Source: Eremomyces bilateralis CBS 781.70 (Eukaryota). From it: a stretch of 64,000 nucleotides of DNA. Positions 61,325 to 64,000 of the stretch are shown piece by piece; position 1 is the first letter of the stretch, and the number at the start of each line of letters is the position of its first letter. The notes below the pieces were generated by a model. The model had not been told where the DNA came from. It saw only the letters and a list, made by a program, of their open reading frames with translations, and ran no database searches. Both the position numbers and the translations under genes were made by a program. The DNA lies in the NCBI GenBank assembly GCA_010015585.1, contig ML975151.1, one strand, 5' to 3'.

Positions 61325-64000
61325 TCATTTCCCGACCACAATGCCACTATCCACCCTCACCTCCTCCTCTTCCGTGGTGCCGAGCGCTGGGCCGCCAACC
61401 ACGCCGCCAACCGCGCCTCCAACCGCGCCTCCCTCCGCCTTTTCGTCCCCATCAATATTCAAGACGCCCCCCGCAAAGCTCATCCGGCTCCGCTCCGTGA
61501 TCATCTGATCCAGCAACCGCGTCATTTCCTCGACGCCCCGCCGTCGCTCTTCGCCTTCCGTCGTCTCCTTCTCCGTGCCACCGTTCAGCAGCGCAACCGG
61601 CGTGTGCTTCACCCCGTTCGGTGCCACCGGCCCTGCCTCGTTCGTTGCCACCGGCCCCGCGGCGTTCAACGCGGCGGCGCTGCCTGCGCTCCCACCACTC
61701 CCGCCGCTACTCTGACTCCGCACGCTCGCTCGCTTGTTCACCAGAATCGGGCTGACCGTGCGACTCGCAGGGGAGCCACCAACGTTCAATCCCAACCCCA
61801 CCCCATTCCCCGTGTCGACCTTCAGATCCCCAAGCCGCAACCGCGACCTCAGCGCCTGACACATCCGCTCCAGATCGCCCACCCGGCCCCTCAGCTCGCT
61901 GATCTCCCGGTCCTTCTCCTGGAACACTACTTCGACCCCCGCGCCGTCCTTCCCGTCCTTCGCTGCGGACTCGCGACACGCGACGCAGAAGCTCGTGCCG
62001 GCACCGCTCGGCCCGCCGAAGAAACCGCTGGAGATACGGCTGCTGGAGCTGCGGCGCGCCTGCAGCAGGCGGCGCTCGAGCGTATTGATGTAGCGGTTTT
62101 TGTCGGCGACGTCGGCGCGCAGCGCGTGCAGTTGGGTTGAGAGGGACGCGGTGCCGTCGCCGTTGCTACCGAGGCTGTCGGTCGAGTCGGCGTCGGAGGC
62201 GGCAAAGTTGAGGGCTGGGGATGGGTGCACGCCGTGGGTGGCGGGGGTGGAGGCGGTGGAGAGGCGGGAGGCGGAGGTGTGGCGCTGGAGGGAGCGGAGG
62301 GAAGCGGAGCCGGATTCGGTGCGGCGAAGGGCGGTGGGAGGATGTGGAGCGCCGTTTGCGTCGAGGGTGGTCGTGGAGGCAGATCGGGCGGAGGTGGTGG
62401 ACGCTTGGCGGCTGAGAGGGAGTTGAAGATCGGCGGCGGACATGAGGGATTGGCGGGAGGAATGGGCAGTAGGCCTATTGCCCAGGGCGGAGACGCTGCG
62501 AGGTACGGTCATATTATGTGTGTGATTGACGCCGATGGATTTCGATGATAGAATGAGGCGGTTGAGGTGCTCGATTCGCTCTTTCAGGGCGGTACGTGCA
62601 AGCTGCATCTCGAGCATTTGCTCTTCGTGGCGAGCTTGCATCTCTTCCTCTTCTTTGGCCTTCCGCTCACGCTCTTCCTCGGCGTCGAGAGCGGCCGACT
62701 CCGGATCATGATCGGGCTCGCCTATCGCGCCCGATGCGCCGCCTTTGGATGAAACGTCCTTCTGCCCTTCGAGCTGGCGACGGAGCTCGAGGATTTCCAC
62801 TCGATACCGGTCAAGAAGAGCTCGGGAAGTTGCATCACCTGCGAGAGCTTCCTCCGCCTTTTTGGCGTGCGAGACGATATTGTTCTTGGCACGAGAAGCG
62901 AACTTGAGAGTATTCAACGTCTCGCCAGTGTGATTCTGAGCGCTCGCCACGGATCCCGCAGACCCGATTTGGATGGTACAAAGGATTGAAACCAGAGAGT
63001 TCCCTGAGAGTGCGGGTTGGAGGAGTCGGGTGAGTTTCGAGTCGCGGTAAGGTAAATGCTTGAGGCCGTCTTTACCATCTTTCTCCTTGCCATCCCCCTT
63101 CTTGTCTCCATCTTTATCCCCGGACAATCTTCCGATGACAGTTCCAAGCGTAAGCAGGGACTTATTGATGTGCGCTCCCTCCGTCCTTCGCTCCTTATTT
63201 TCTGCAGCCCGTTCACTCCCGGCCAAATCGATCAAGCTTAGTGTACTCACGCGAACACCACCTGGAGCAATACCCGTTCGCTTGTCGGCGCCTGGGGCCG
63301 AGGCGCCAGGTGGTGAACTTCGTTCCCGCGACTCAACGACGATCTGCACGACGGCATGCGAACGGGAACTTCTCGCGTTATATTGCGTCGATCCGGTCCG
63401 CCTAGAATTGTCACCTCTAGCGATCACTCTCAGCAACTGCGTCGGGCTCTGTACGATCTCTTCCTTCAGCGGCGTGGCGTAGACGCCTCTCTTGCTATCC
63501 TCCCGTAGTTTAATCTCTTCTTGCGGACCTCCCGTCATTCCGTTCACACCGGCAGCCGGGGTCGATAGCAGGTCGTGGATCTTCTCGTTGTAGATTTCCA
63601 GATAGCTGACCCGCAGCAAGAATTCTCGATGGGGCGTTTCGCGGATGAAGGAGAAGATGTCGGTGATGGCAAGTGGGATCACACCAGGGCTGGTGGCCGT
63701 ACCTTGCATGGAAAAGGTCTTACCAGTGCCTGTCATACCATAGGCGAAAACGGTGCCGTGGTAACCCTCCATGACACGGCGCACGAGACGCTTTGCGGCA
63801 GAATCGTAGACTTTGGCATTCTGGTCGTGCGCAGCGAAGACATTGTCTAGAACATGGCTGTTAGCACAATATATGAGCACGTGCAATCGCCGGGAACTTA
63901 CCATAATAATACTCTCCCCCTTCCCTTCCACGATACGATATCAAAGACCGTCTTCCGTCAACCATCCACTCCAATTCGCTCTTTTGTCCATCATGCCCAA
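61325..64000 (-). CDS. Kinesin-7 (KipA/Kip2-like), 5' end beyond the window
   Basis: P-loop YGMTGTGKT, VSYLEIYNE, NARSSRSH, LIDLAGSE, HLPYRDSKLTRLLQ, coiled coils and ALKERIEHLNRLIL. Confidence 0.95.

Noticed and set aside
1..64000. Stop-codon readthrough (TGA CTA), TPP riboswitch, telomerase template, spliceosomal snRNAs, rRNA
   Set aside because: Inspected by eye and no matching motifs were found; an Infernal/Rfam scan would be needed to exclude them.

Overview
Intron-rich filamentous ascomycete DNA (Pezizomycotina; Dothideomycete-like by inference), gene-dense, with one 240-N assembly gap (22593-22832). It holds about 27 protein genes. Housekeeping genes: a GCK/Ste20 kinase tail, IRE1, SVP26, BUD23, IDH1, COX23, CCT2, SAD1, PRE1, UTP13, a kinesin-7, a GH47 mannosidase and a RING E3. 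Accessory or metabolic genes: a PAF-acetylhydrolase, an M20 amidohydrolase, GST-kappa, a GMC oxidoreductase, a P450, an amidase, an SDR, a GFA protein and a 2OG-dioxygenase-like protein. Non-coding features read directly from the sequence: (1) a stand-alone H/ACA snoRNA matching snR34/SNORA65 with its own promoter; (2) a transposon nest at 21.8-23.0 kb, containing a long-TIR MITE with an 8-bp TSD and a (TC)n-tailed insert inside a 17-bp minisatellite; (3) a diverged ~250-bp direct repeat upstream of both the P450 and the amidase; (4) a LINE 3' relic; (5) an 86-bp perfect duplication that copies a putative splice acceptor. Also notable are a FUT8/NodZ-like type II glycosyltransferase and a recurring C-rich to G-rich synonymous-site switch toward gene 3' ends. 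All family assignments come from motif recognition, not database searches, and exon boundaries were inferred by eye.
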